A DNA stretch of 64,000 nucleotides from Thermoproteota archaeon. Its GTDB lineage: Archaea; Thermoproteota; Thermoprotei; Gearchaeales; Gearchaeaceae. The stretch is from assembly GCA_032249235.1 (NCBI GenBank), contig JAVVGF010000002.1:96001-160000 (forward strand). Direction: 5' to 3'. How positions within the stretch are numbered: the stretch's first letter is position 1; the number at the start of each line of letters is the position of its first letter. The notes below the pieces were generated by a model that was given only the letters and a program-made list of their open reading frames with translations, was not told where the DNA came from and did no database searches. The position numbers and the translations under genes were made by a program. This document shows, in pieces, positions 30,242 to 39,874 of the stretch.

Positions 30242-30784
30242 ATGGGAATGAAGAGTGAACGAGCGCCCCGGATTCTTGTCGGGGAAGTAATGAACGATAA
30301 ACCTGTATGCGTCGATAAAAGCATAAATGTTTCAACCCTCGCTGAAATAATGAGCAAAAAGAATGTTGAAGCGGTGATCGTTGTAGAAGATGAGAAACCC
30401 ATAGGTATAATAACTGAAAAAGACTTGCTTACTAAAGTTTTGGCTAAAAAGCTTAATCCAGAAGAAGTTAAGGCTGAAGACATAATGTCTACACCTGTTA
30501 TAACTATTACTGCACAAGATGATATTTTAACTGCAATGAAAAAAATGCTATCTCATAATATCAGAAGATTGATTGTAGTAAACGAGCATAAGGTTATTGG
30601 TTTAATTAGTGTTTCTGACATTCTAAGAATTACACCATCTTTTATAGAAATCATGCAAGAAAAGTTAACTGTTAATCTAACCAAGGAGGAAACTATTGCT
30701 GGATATTGTGATGGATGTGGACAGTGGAGCGATTTTTTAGTTCTAGTTGACGATCAATACTTATGTGAAAATTGTAGGGAATGA
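30242..30784 (+). CDS. CBS-domain pair with C-terminal Zn ribbon
   Basis: GIITEKD and IMS.PVIT. C-terminal GYCDGC...LCENC. Confidence 0.88.
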   Translation: MGMKSERAPRILVGEVMNDKPVCVDKSINVSTLAEIMSKKNVEAVIVVEDEKPIGIITEKDLLTKVLAKKLNPEEVKAEDIMSTPVITITAQDDILTAMKKMLSHNIRRLIVVNEHKVIGLISVSDILRITPSFIEIMQEKLTVNLTKEETIAGYCDGCGQWSDFLVLVDDQYLCENCRE

Positions 30785-31614
30785 GGAACAACAAAAAAGG
30801 TTGTAGTTATGTGATGAGAGTATATGAAGTGTGTGATCCAACGATAAAAGCCATGCCTCATGATGAACTCGTTACAAAAGCAAAATCTTTCATCAAAAGT
30901 AGAGGTTTAAGAAAGATAGCTGTGGTTGAAGGCGAATCTGATAGGATACTAGGTTGCGTTAGTCGTGAGAAATTAATCGAGTTATCTTCTATTCAAATGA
31001 ATACTATTCTTTTGAAAGATTTATCAGAAGAAGTCAAATTCTATGCTACTTTATATGATGAAGTTAAATATGTTATGCAAATAATGCTGAAAGAAAGAGA
31101 AGACTGCATCCCTGCTGTAGAAAATAAAGAAAAATTACAATATGGAGGTTTGGTAACGAGCGAAACAATTCTGGATGCTATTACAAAATTAGGTAGCAAA
31201 AATCTCAATAGAACAGTTAAGGAGGTTATGGATAGAAACTTTCCTCATATAAAATCAAATGATACGATAAATAAGGCATGGAAAAAGATGATTGAAACAA
31301 AGCAAACAGGTTTAATTGTAGTAAATGATGATAAAAAGGTTATAGGCGTAATAACTCATCATGACCTTCTTTCCTCTAAAGTATCATGGCTTCCTTTAGC
31401 GTTGAAGTCTGAAAACGGTTCCCATGTACTATTTGTTTCTGATTTGATGAATAAGCATGTTCATTCAATTAAAGAAAATGTAACCATACTAGAAGCCGCA
31501 AAACAATTATTAAAATATAGAATAGGAAGATTGCCTGTTGTCGATGATGATGGTAACTTAATCGGTGTTATACATAGAAGAATTCTCTTAGAACTTTTAT
31601 CTGATACTCTCTAA
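30781..31614 (+). CDS. CBS-domain protein (four CBS)
   Basis: Repeated CBS motifs, e.g. GVITHHDL and IGRLPVVDD. Confidence 0.88.
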   Translation: MRNNKKGCSYVMRVYEVCDPTIKAMPHDELVTKAKSFIKSRGLRKIAVVEGESDRILGCVSREKLIELSSIQMNTILLKDLSEEVKFYATLYDEVKYVMQIMLKEREDCIPAVENKEKLQYGGLVTSETILDAITKLGSKNLNRTVKEVMDRNFPHIKSNDTINKAWKKMIETKQTGLIVVNDDKKVIGVITHHDLLSSKVSWLPLALKSENGSHVLFVSDLMNKHVHSIKENVTILEAAKQLLKYRIGRLPVVDDDGNLIGVIHRRILLELLSDTL

Positions 31615-31667
31615 TACTTTTAAGATCTAAATTTAAAAAGTTCATAAAACATAAGTGCATAGTAGAT

Positions 31668-32516
31668 ATGTTTGAGCCTGCTACGAAGAATATTTACGAA
31701 AGAATACTTTTGCAAAATTTCACTAACAGAGAGGTTTATGTAGTTACACCTAATGATACATTAGCATATGCAAGAAAAATCATGTTTAGAAATAACATTT
31801 CGAAACTAGTAGTTATTGAAGGAGAAAAAATTTTTGGAATCATTTCTTTAAGAGATATAGCAAACATTCTAACGAAATTAGGGAGCGAAATTGAAAGATC
31901 GTTAGATGAAATTTTGGTTAAAAATGTTGCTACACGAAATGTTATAACATTAGACGTTAATCGCAACGTCAGGGAAGCATGCAAGCTTATGCATGATAAG
32001 AAAATAGGTAGCATCTTAATTACAAAAGAAGAAAAGTTGGCTGGAATATTTACCCCTACTGATGCTTGTAAGGTGTATAGCGAAAATCCAATTCCTGGAT
32101 TAAAAGTTAAAGATGTAATGAATAAGGATTTCGAAAAGATTAACAAAATATCTAGCATAAAAAAGATTATAGAGAAATTTAAAGGAGGAATAGACGTCTT
32201 AATCGTCGAGGATAATAAAAAGCCTATCGGCGTGATAACTCTTTCAAGTATTGCTTATTTAGAAGAAGATGAATTTCTAAAAGGTAATCTTAAATATATA
32301 AGAGGAACTTCAGAACATACTAAAGTAAGAGTAGATAAAACAGCAGCCGATATTATGTATGCAATAGATATTGCTATAAATGAAACAGATAGCGTATCTA
32401 AAGCAGTAAACTACTTACTTAGTTATGATATACCAGCTTTACCAGTAATAAATGAAATTGGAGAAATAGTAGGTCTCATTTCGAAAAGAGATATTGTAGC
32501 TTTGATTGCGAAATGA
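31668..32516 (+). CDS. CBS-domain protein (four CBS)
   Basis: GIISLRDI, GIFTPTD and LPVI...VGLISKRDI. Confidence 0.88.
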   Translation: MFEPATKNIYERILLQNFTNREVYVVTPNDTLAYARKIMFRNNISKLVVIEGEKIFGIISLRDIANILTKLGSEIERSLDEILVKNVATRNVITLDVNRNVREACKLMHDKKIGSILITKEEKLAGIFTPTDACKVYSENPIPGLKVKDVMNKDFEKINKISSIKKIIEKFKGGIDVLIVEDNKKPIGVITLSSIAYLEEDEFLKGNLKYIRGTSEHTKVRVDKTAADIMYAIDIAINETDSVSKAVNYLLSYDIPALPVINEIGEIVGLISKRDIVALIAK

Positions 32517-32980
32517 CTAAAATAATAGTAGATGGAATGCTAGGTAATGTTGCTAAATGGCTTAGATTATTAGGAATCGATACATACTACGAAAGAGACT
32601 TAGAAGATGATAAATTGATAGAACTAGCAAGTAAATACAATGCGATTTTAATCACAGGAGATGAAGAATTAAGTTTTAAGGCGTTCAGAAAAAATATCAA
32701 AGTTATACTTTTAAAAAATAAACTTACAAAAAAATACATGATTAAAAAGGTACTATCTGAGTTGAATATAAATAAAAATAATCTGGAAATTGGTTCTAGG
32801 TGCATTCGTTGCAATAATTTACTTAAACCTATAGACAAAAATTTAATTTCTAATAAGTTACCTAAGAAGGTCATCGAGAATAACGATGAATTTTGGTATT
32901 GCGATAAATGCGATAAAATATACTGGTATGGTTCTCACTGGAGGAATATAGAAAAAGAACTTAATGAAATATTAGCATAG
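32513..32980 (+). CDS. Mut7-C RNase (PIN-like, DUF82) with Zn ribbon
   Basis: VDGMLG.VAKWLRLLG.DT, RCIRCN and CDKC.KIYWYGSHW. Confidence 0.9.
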   Translation: MTKIIVDGMLGNVAKWLRLLGIDTYYERDLEDDKLIELASKYNAILITGDEELSFKAFRKNIKVILLKNKLTKKYMIKKVLSELNINKNNLEIGSRCIRCNNLLKPIDKNLISNKLPKKVIENNDEFWYCDKCDKIYWYGSHWRNIEKELNEILA

Positions 32981-32981
32981 T

Positions 32982-33626
32982 ATGGCTTATTCAATTCAAA
33001 AAGGAGCTTTTCTTGTTAGATTAGCTAGGAGTACTGTTGAAGAGTACTTACGAACAAATAAACTAAAGAAGATGAAAATTGATGATGAAAAATTACTTGA
33101 GAAAAAAGGAGTTTTTACTACGATAGAAACGTTTGAAAAAATAGGAGATAGAATTAACAGAGAACTAAGAGGGTGTATCGGATTTCCCCAACCTATATAT
33201 GGGCTGGCTGAAGCTGTTATGAAATCAGCCTTGCTTGCTGCTTTTGAAGATCCAAGATTTCCTCCATTAGAAATTGATGAATTAAACAAGGTGACTTTTG
33301 AAGTTTCAATTCTCACAGAACCAAAGCTCCTAAATGTAGATAAAAAGGAAATTGTCAAGTACATCAAAGTAGGAAGAGACGGCTTAATAATTGAACATGG
33401 ACTTAATAGCGGCCTACTCTTGCCTCAAGTTGCTGTTGAAAACGAATGGGATGAGGAAACATTCTTGTGCAATGCATGCTTAAAAGCAAACCTGCCACCT
33501 GATGCATGGCTATGGAAAAAAACAAAAATTTATGTTTTTCAAGCTGAAATATTCGGTGAACTTGAACCTAATGGAAAAATAATAAAAAAGGAAATACACA
33601 AAAGAATTGAAAAGAATTTACTTTAG
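32982..33626 (+). CDS. AMMECR1-domain protein (TIGR00296)
   Basis: LRGCIG, DPRFPP, EVSIL and GLLLPQVA. Confidence 0.93.
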   Translation: MAYSIQKGAFLVRLARSTVEEYLRTNKLKKMKIDDEKLLEKKGVFTTIETFEKIGDRINRELRGCIGFPQPIYGLAEAVMKSALLAAFEDPRFPPLEIDELNKVTFEVSILTEPKLLNVDKKEIVKYIKVGRDGLIIEHGLNSGLLLPQVAVENEWDEETFLCNACLKANLPPDAWLWKKTKIYVFQAEIFGELEPNGKIIKKEIHKRIEKNLL

Positions 33627-34761
33627 TATAAACGGTATAGGATATGGACACGCTTCGAGAATATTGCAATTAATTAAATTATTTCTTAAAAAAGGATATG
33701 CTATATATGTTTCAACATACAATGAAGGTTATATTTATCTTTCTAACTATTTTAAAAATATTTTCAAAACCAATGGAATAAATTATTATTTTGATGAGGA
33801 AGGTAAGTTATCTTTTAAGAAGACAATAGTATATGGTCTTCCAAAATTTTTAATCATATTTCCATTGCACCTTGCTTTAGAAATAAGAAATTTAAAAGAG
33901 ATTGATCCTGAATTGGTAATATCAGATAGTAGATTTTCAACCATACTAGCGAGTAAATTACTTAAGAAGAAAAGTTTCATAATAGTTAATCAACTTTACG
34001 TTGAAATACCGAGAATTGCACCGATGAATATTTTGTTAAGACATCTTAAACGATTATCAGAAAGAATATTTTTTGAACTATGGTTTTGGGCATGCAATAA
34101 ATCTGATCTAATATTAATTCCTGATTTTGAACCACCATTCACGATATCTAGCAATACTTTAGCTGTTAAAAGCTCTAAAGATTTGAAAAAGATCAAATTC
34201 ATAGGACCATTGATAAATGTTAATAACAATAGTACACAAAATAACTTTAATGCGATTCTAATAATGCCCTCAGGAACCATACAAGAAAGATTGATTGCCA
34301 TTAAAAGAATTCTACAAAATATTCATCCTTTAATTAATTCAAATATAAAATTTAGAATATTAACAGGTTTACATAAAATAAAAAAGATAACAAATAAAAA
34401 TATCGAAATTTTACCATGGATTGAAGAAGAGGAGTTGACGAATCTGATTTCCGAAGCTAAGCTTTTAATTTTGACTGGTGGGCATTCATCTATAATGAAA
34501 GCAATAGTTAATTCCAAGCCAATGCTATTTATTGTACCGAGAGCACATACCGAAAAACAAAAGAATGCTTTGAAAATTTCCCAGCTTGGTTGTGGCTTAA
34601 TGTTATATTTGGATGAATTAAATCCCGAATTTTTAAAAAATTCAGTAAATGAAATGATTCAAAATATAAATCAATATATTTCTAATGTAAATAAAATAAA
34701 ACAATATAATAAAAACATTGAGATTTTAAATATTATGAATATAAATTATGAGCAAAAGTGA
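33607..34761 (+). CDS. GT-B glycosyltransferase (GT28/MJ1255-like)
   Basis: GIGYGHASR, VISDSR, GGHSS and H.EK..NA. Confidence 0.8.
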   Translation: MKRIYFSINGIGYGHASRILQLIKLFLKKGYAIYVSTYNEGYIYLSNYFKNIFKTNGINYYFDEEGKLSFKKTIVYGLPKFLIIFPLHLALEIRNLKEIDPELVISDSRFSTILASKLLKKKSFIIVNQLYVEIPRIAPMNILLRHLKRLSERIFFELWFWACNKSDLILIPDFEPPFTISSNTLAVKSSKDLKKIKFIGPLINVNNNSTQNNFNAILIMPSGTIQERLIAIKRILQNIHPLINSNIKFRILTGLHKIKKITNKNIEILPWIEEEELTNLISEAKLLILTGGHSSIMKAIVNSKPMLFIVPRAHTEKQKNALKISQLGCGLMLYLDELNPEFLKNSVNEMIQNINQYISNVNKIKQYNKNIEILNIMNINYEQK

Positions 34762-35467
34762 TTTAATTTGTTCTTTTTTCATACCTTCCCAAATATATTA
34801 TATAAACGATACTAAAAATTTTAGTTTAATACCTATTAATAAAGGAGTAATTGGGTATATTAATAAAAGCGAAAACTTAGATCTTATAAATATTAAAGAT
34901 ATAAAAATACAATATGAGTTATATGAAATATTTAAAAGTCTATTTAAAAATACAAAATACGGCTTAATTATTTATAGTGAAGTACCTCTGTTATGGCAAT
35001 TTAATATAATACACGCTATAATCGTAGGGTTTACTTTATTTTCTGAATTCCAAGAAAATAAGGAAATATTAATTGATAAAGTGATAACAAAATGCGTTGC
35101 AATGGCTGCAGAGTTTGAGATATTTGATCTACCTTTTATTGCATACAAGTATAAAAGAGGAATTATATATAATAGAGAGAATAAAACGATTGACAGCTTA
35201 AAAAAGATTGATGTAGATTATTTTGTTATTAAATATGATGAAGATAAATATAAACTTAAATCGCTTGAAAATATTATATTTAAGAAAGAAAAAATTAATA
35301 GCTTCCAATTAATTAATATTAATAAATATAAAGTTTTAACTGCAAAAAATGAAAATCTTAAAGATGCAGTAGAACTTTTAATCAGACAAAGTGACGCTGA
35401 GAAAATTTTAGTAGCGCGTTACTATACGGAAGGAATTAAGTTTTACATTCACAATTCTAAGCTTTAG
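34748..35467 (+). CDS. Hypothetical protein, possibly a degenerate GHMP (pantoate) kinase homolog
   Basis: FFIPSQI, SEVPL...F and AMAAE are spaced like pantoate-kinase motifs, but the Gly-rich loop is lost. Confidence 0.35.
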   Translation: MSKSDLICSFFIPSQIYYINDTKNFSLIPINKGVIGYINKSENLDLINIKDIKIQYELYEIFKSLFKNTKYGLIIYSEVPLLWQFNIIHAIIVGFTLFSEFQENKEILIDKVITKCVAMAAEFEIFDLPFIAYKYKRGIIYNRENKTIDSLKKIDVDYFVIKYDEDKYKLKSLENIIFKKEKINSFQLININKYKVLTAKNENLKDAVELLIRQSDAEKILVARYYTEGIKFYIHNSKL

Positions 35468-35517
35468 ACTTAAAACCGAGAGTTATTTATTTATTTTAAG
35501 CAAAAGAGATTATTTTG

Positions 35518-37302
35518 ATGAGTTTACCTTATGCAGAGATTGTAAAAATTTATGATGAAATATCATCAACGACTAGTAGATTAGAGATCACAGATATTCT
35601 TGTTAGACTATTAAGAAAAACCAGCTTAGAGGAGGTTGATAAAGTCATATATTTAACCCAAGGTAAATTGTATCCAGATTACGTAGGTATAGAGCTCGGT
35701 GTTGCCGAAAAATTCATGGCAAGAGCTATTGCATTGGCATCAGGAGTTTCAACAGATAAAATTTTAGATATGTTAAAGAAAAAAGGAGATCTAGGGTTAG
35801 TAGCACAAGAAGTAATAAGCGGAAAAAAGCAAGCAGGTTTATTAGAATTCATTTCTGAGGCAAAGGAACAATTAACTGTTAAAGAAGTTTATGAAACATT
35901 AGATAAGGTTGCAAAAATTAGCGGCGAAGGTTCACAGGATTCGAAGGTAAGACTTTTAGCAGGCCTTTTAAAGAAAGCTACACCTAGTGAAGCAAAATAT
36001 ATTACGAGAACTGTACTCGGTACGTTGAGATTAGGTCTTGCTGATATGACGATACTTGATGCTATTGCAATAGCATATCTAGGTAGCAAAGATATGAGAC
36101 CTTTAGTAGAGAGAGCATACAATGTTTCAGGGGATTTAGGTTACGTTGCGAAAGTAGCATTAGAAAAAGGTAAAGAAGGATTGAAGGAAGTCAAAATACG
36201 AATAGGTATTCCTATACGACCAATGCTTGCTGAAAGGGCGAGTTCAGAAAAAGAGATATTTGATAGACTTGATCAGGCATTTATGGTTGAATATAAATAT
36301 GATGGTGAAAGAGTACAAATACATAAAGAAAAAGATAAATTCATTTTATTTTCAAGATCGTTAGAAAATATAACCCATCATTATCCTGATGTGATCGAAC
36401 ATATAAGAAACAATATTAACGCTGAAACAGCCATATTAGAAGGTGAAATTGTTGCAATACAAGAAAGTGGAGAAATGCTTCCTTTTCAAGAGTTGATGCA
36501 TAGAAGAAGAAAATATGATATAGAAAAGGCAGCAGAGGAATATCCTACAGTCGTTTTCTTATTCGATATACTCTACTTAGACGGTCAAGAATTGATTGAC
36601 TTACCTTTAAAAGAAAGAAGAGAAATTTTAGAGAAAGTTGTAAAGACAGATTATTGGATTAGGTTATCTGAAAAAAGATTTGCAAAAACGCCAGAAGAAT
36701 TATTGGAAATACTTAATGAAGCAGTTTCAGCTGGTTGCGAAGGATTAATGTGTAAATCACTAGCTAGCGATTCTGTTTATCAAGCAGGTTCTCGAGGATT
36801 TTTATGGATAAAGCTCAAAAGATCATATCAATCGAAAATGGTAGAACCAATCGATGTTTGCATAGTCGGAGGATTCTACGGTACAGGAAAAAGAGCAGGC
36901 AAGTTAGGAGGGTTATTAGTTGCAATTTATGATCCAAAAACTGATACTTTTAAAACGATTTGTAAGCTTGGAACTGGTTTCACAGACGAAGATTTAGAAA
37001 ATCTCCCAAAAATTTTAGAGCCTTATAAGATCGATCACCCACATCCTAGAGTTATAAGTAAAATAGAAGCAGATGTATGGTATACCCCTGCTAAAGTAAT
37101 TGAAATAATAGGTGATGAAATAACTATTAGCCCCATCCACACCGCTGCATATGATGTTATAGCCAAGAACGCAGGTTTAGCAATAAGATTTCCGAGATTC
37201 ACTGGAAGATTTAGAGACGACAAAAAACCAGAAGATGCAACTACAGAAGATGAAATAATTCGCATGTATAAAATGCAACTTAAGAAAATAGAAAGTGAGT
37301 AG
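35518..37302 (+). CDS. lig: ATP-dependent DNA ligase (canonical archaeal replicative type)
   Basis: PMLA, EYKYDGER.Q, EGE, CEGLMCK, WIKLK, AIRFPRF. QAGLLEF is a PCNA-interaction-like segment. Confidence 0.96.
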   Translation: MSLPYAEIVKIYDEISSTTSRLEITDILVRLLRKTSLEEVDKVIYLTQGKLYPDYVGIELGVAEKFMARAIALASGVSTDKILDMLKKKGDLGLVAQEVISGKKQAGLLEFISEAKEQLTVKEVYETLDKVAKISGEGSQDSKVRLLAGLLKKATPSEAKYITRTVLGTLRLGLADMTILDAIAIAYLGSKDMRPLVERAYNVSGDLGYVAKVALEKGKEGLKEVKIRIGIPIRPMLAERASSEKEIFDRLDQAFMVEYKYDGERVQIHKEKDKFILFSRSLENITHHYPDVIEHIRNNINAETAILEGEIVAIQESGEMLPFQELMHRRRKYDIEKAAEEYPTVVFLFDILYLDGQELIDLPLKERREILEKVVKTDYWIRLSEKRFAKTPEELLEILNEAVSAGCEGLMCKSLASDSVYQAGSRGFLWIKLKRSYQSKMVEPIDVCIVGGFYGTGKRAGKLGGLLVAIYDPKTDTFKTICKLGTGFTDEDLENLPKILEPYKIDHPHPRVISKIEADVWYTPAKVIEIIGDEITISPIHTAAYDVIAKNAGLAIRFPRFTGRFRDDKKPEDATTEDEIIRMYKMQLKKIESE

Positions 37303-37336
37303 ATATTTAGGTATTAAAATTAATAAAGTAGGGTAG

Positions 37337-37921
37337 ATGAGTGAAGAACAATTAAAAAAATTAATCGAATTAAAAAAGGAATTAGAGAATAAAAAAGCTA
37401 GTCTGGAAAAAGAACTCGAACTAATTAATTTTAACTTGAGCGTTATAAATGCAGCAATAACAGAAAGGAGTTTCGTAACTGCTGATACACTTCTTAAAAC
37501 CAAAGAGGAAAAAGTTGAACAAAAACCACTTCCTAAAGTTGAGGAGAAACCCAAACCTAATCTATTAAGATCAGAGAAGATGCTTGATATAGACGGTTTT
37601 GAACTAGCAACCTTAAACATATACGATGATAATCATATTGATATAATCCCCAATCCAGAAATCAAATTTAAAGAAGACATTTCACCGTTCAAGAATTTTC
37701 TAATCAAAAAAGTCTTTGAAGGTAAAAGGTCAAATGATATCGAAGAAGGAAGGCCGCCTGAGAAAGCATTTAATTACTCTCTAAAAAAAGATGATTTAGG
37801 AAATATAGTAGAAATAAGTCTTAAAAATATAGATGTACATAACGAACAAGAACTTAGGAGCTTGAATAGCTCACTGAAATGGACCTTCAAAAGAATTAGA
37901 GAAAAGCTAAAAGCTGTTTGA
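37337..37921 (+). CDS. Conserved hypothetical protein with N-terminal coiled coil
   Basis: 194 aa, between the ligase and the metallophosphoesterase. Confidence 0.65.
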   Translation: MSEEQLKKLIELKKELENKKASLEKELELINFNLSVINAAITERSFVTADTLLKTKEEKVEQKPLPKVEEKPKPNLLRSEKMLDIDGFELATLNIYDDNHIDIIPNPEIKFKEDISPFKNFLIKKVFEGKRSNDIEEGRPPEKAFNYSLKKDDLGNIVEISLKNIDVHNEQELRSLNSSLKWTFKRIREKLKAV

Positions 37922-38673
37922 TGAAAGATATTAGAACAGTAGTCCTTAAAGAAGTAATACCTTTCAATGGAATACCTGCTGTTTATATTCCTTCTCTCAA
38001 TGCTACAGTAATAAGCGACTTACATTTAGGATATGAGGAAGAACTTGTAAAAAAAGGCATTTTACTAAAGAGAACCCAACTTGAAGAAATAATCAAAGAA
38101 ATTGATAAAATTCAAGAAACAATAAACACAAAAAAATTGATAATTAATGGAGACATAAGGCATGGGTTCGGTAAAATAACTAATGTTCAGAAAAAAGAAT
38201 TGGAAATTTTCTTATTGCATGCTTTCAATTATTACGAAACAATAATCGCTATAAGAGGAAATCATGATAATTATCTTAAGCCTATTCTAAAGAATTTTGG
38301 AATTGAACTATTAGAGTTCTTTTATGAAAAAGGAATTCTAATATTGCATGGACATAAAGAACAATTAAATTTGGTTAAAGACAGCGAGATAATTATAATT
38401 GGACATGAACACCCAGCTTTATTACTAAAAGATAACAATGGTCAATACAGTAAATTTCTATCATTTTTATTTTTACCTACAATTTTAGGTAATGTTTTAG
38501 TAATTTTACCACCATTCTCTAAGTACGCTGGCGGAAATATCTTCAATAAAGAAAGTTTGCTTTCTGAAATAACAAAGAAATATGCTTTAATCGAAGAGGG
38601 AATACCGTTTGTATTGTATGAAGGTTTAGGAACCGTTGAATTACCTAAGCTATCGTTACTAATCAATAGTTAA
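37918..38673 (+). CDS. Calcineurin-like metallophosphoesterase (MPE/ICC-like)
   Basis: SDLHLGYE, NGD, RGNHD, HGH and GHEHP. Confidence 0.9.
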   Translation: MMKDIRTVVLKEVIPFNGIPAVYIPSLNATVISDLHLGYEEELVKKGILLKRTQLEEIIKEIDKIQETINTKKLIINGDIRHGFGKITNVQKKELEIFLLHAFNYYETIIAIRGNHDNYLKPILKNFGIELLEFFYEKGILILHGHKEQLNLVKDSEIIIIGHEHPALLLKDNNGQYSKFLSFLFLPTILGNVLVILPPFSKYAGGNIFNKESLLSEITKKYALIEEGIPFVLYEGLGTVELPKLSLLINS

Positions 38674-38699
38674 ATAGAGAAAATCTCATTAAATATTTC

Positions 38700-39086
38700 A
38701 TGAAATATAGATTGTTAGATATTTTGGCATGTCCAATATGCAAAAATTGGCCGTTGAAATTCATTGTTTTTAATGAAACTAGATATGAGTATAAGGATCT
38801 AAAAGTTAAAACGCCTTTTTGCAGAGATTATTGTGCCTTAAGACTTAATTATTTACAAAATATCAATATTGCAGAGCTTGATTGTACAGAATGCACAAAA
38901 AAAGAGATTACTGATGGAATCATTATTTGTGAGAGATGTAATAGATGGTACCCAATAATAGAAGAAATCCCCGTAATGCTACCCGATGAATTAAGAAAAG
39001 AAAAGGAAGATAAAGAGTTTTTAGAAAAATGGAAAGAAAAAGTACCTGAAAATATACTTAGGAATGGACTTCCGTATCATCTTTAG
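38700..39086 (+). CDS. Trm112 family methyltransferase activator
   Basis: LLDILACPICK...C..C.RWYPI.E.IP.ML. Confidence 0.88.
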   Translation: MKYRLLDILACPICKNWPLKFIVFNETRYEYKDLKVKTPFCRDYCALRLNYLQNINIAELDCTECTKKEITDGIIICERCNRWYPIIEEIPVMLPDELRKEKEDKEFLEKWKEKVPENILRNGLPYHL

Positions 39087-39267
39087 TTTCTTCTCTGATA
39101 TCTATTAAAAAAGAACCTGAATAACCGCATACTGCACAGTAATATTGTTGAGGCATTAGCCATTCTAAAGAATGGAGTTTATAGATCTGTTTGCTACCAC
39201 ACACAGGGCAACATAAGTTATATTTACCGCCTCTTTTTGCATTCCTGAAAATATCTTTGAGCGACAT
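39058..39267 (-). CDS. Small Zn-ribbon protein
   Basis: CPVCGS and Y.CAVCGYSG. Confidence 0.65.
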   Translation of the reverse strand: MSLKDIFRNAKRGGKYNLCCPVCGSKQIYKLHSLEWLMPQQYYCAVCGYSGSFLIDIREETKDDTEVHS

Positions 39268-39584
39268 CAATCGACTAAAATAATATTTTCTTCAGGATAA
39301 CCTAGTGATTGTAAAATTTGTTTTACAGCTAATTTATGAGCCCCTTGTAATTCTATTCTACCATTTTTATAAGTTCCGCCACAAGCTAATTTAGATTTTA
39401 AATGTTTGGTTATTTCAGGAGCAGCATCCTCAGATATTCCTTCAATTACAGTTACGTCTTTACCGAATTTCCTTTTCTCTGATCTGATTTTTATTTTCCT
39501 TTGTTCTTTATCTAAACTCTCTAATATCTCTCCAATGGAAAATATGTCCTCTTCACCACCAGAGTTCAAAAGTTCACCACCCAT
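39267..39584 (-). CDS. sui1: Translation initiation factor aIF1/SUI1
   Basis: RKFGKDVTVIEG, LKSKLACGGT and IELQG. Confidence 0.94.
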   Translation of the reverse strand: MGGELLNSGGEEDIFSIGEILESLDKEQRKIKIRSEKRKFGKDVTVIEGISEDAAPEITKHLKSKLACGGTYKNGRIELQGAHKLAVKQILQSLGYPEENIILVD

Positions 39585-39718
39585 GTTAATATTTCGCCTA
39601 GCGATACCATTCCAGTTCTTATTTTATAATTTCTCATCAGATAATCATACATTTCTAGAAGAAATATTTAAAGATTTCCTAATACAGATATATAAGTAAG
39701 CCAATAGGAGAAGTAGGT

Positions 39719-39874
39719 ATGGAATACGTTTGCATAAAATGTGGAAGGAAAATGACGTATCAGCAAATTAAAGAGAGAAGTATTACGGTAAGGAATTTTG
39801 CATGTATGTATTGTAACTCAAGAATACTTGTAAAAAGTAAAAGGCCTGCTGCAAAGATTGTTAGGGCTGACTAG
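39719..39874 (+). CDS. rpoP: RNA polymerase subunit P (Rpo12); absent from the ORF track
   Basis: Hand translation: MEYVCIKCGRKMTYQQIKERSITVRNFACMYCNSRILVKVKRPAAKIVRAD* (51 aa), with the Y.C..C...C.YC..RIL.K.R pattern. Confidence 0.9.
   Translation: MEYVCIKCGRKMTYQQIKERSITVRNFACMYCNSRILVKSKRPAAKIVRAD

Noticed and set aside
35514-35578. TTGATGA...CAGA...ATGATGA at the ligase start as a C/D sRNA
   Set aside because: It lies entirely in coding sequence, has no proper D box, and the guides match no rRNA/tRNA segment I recognise.
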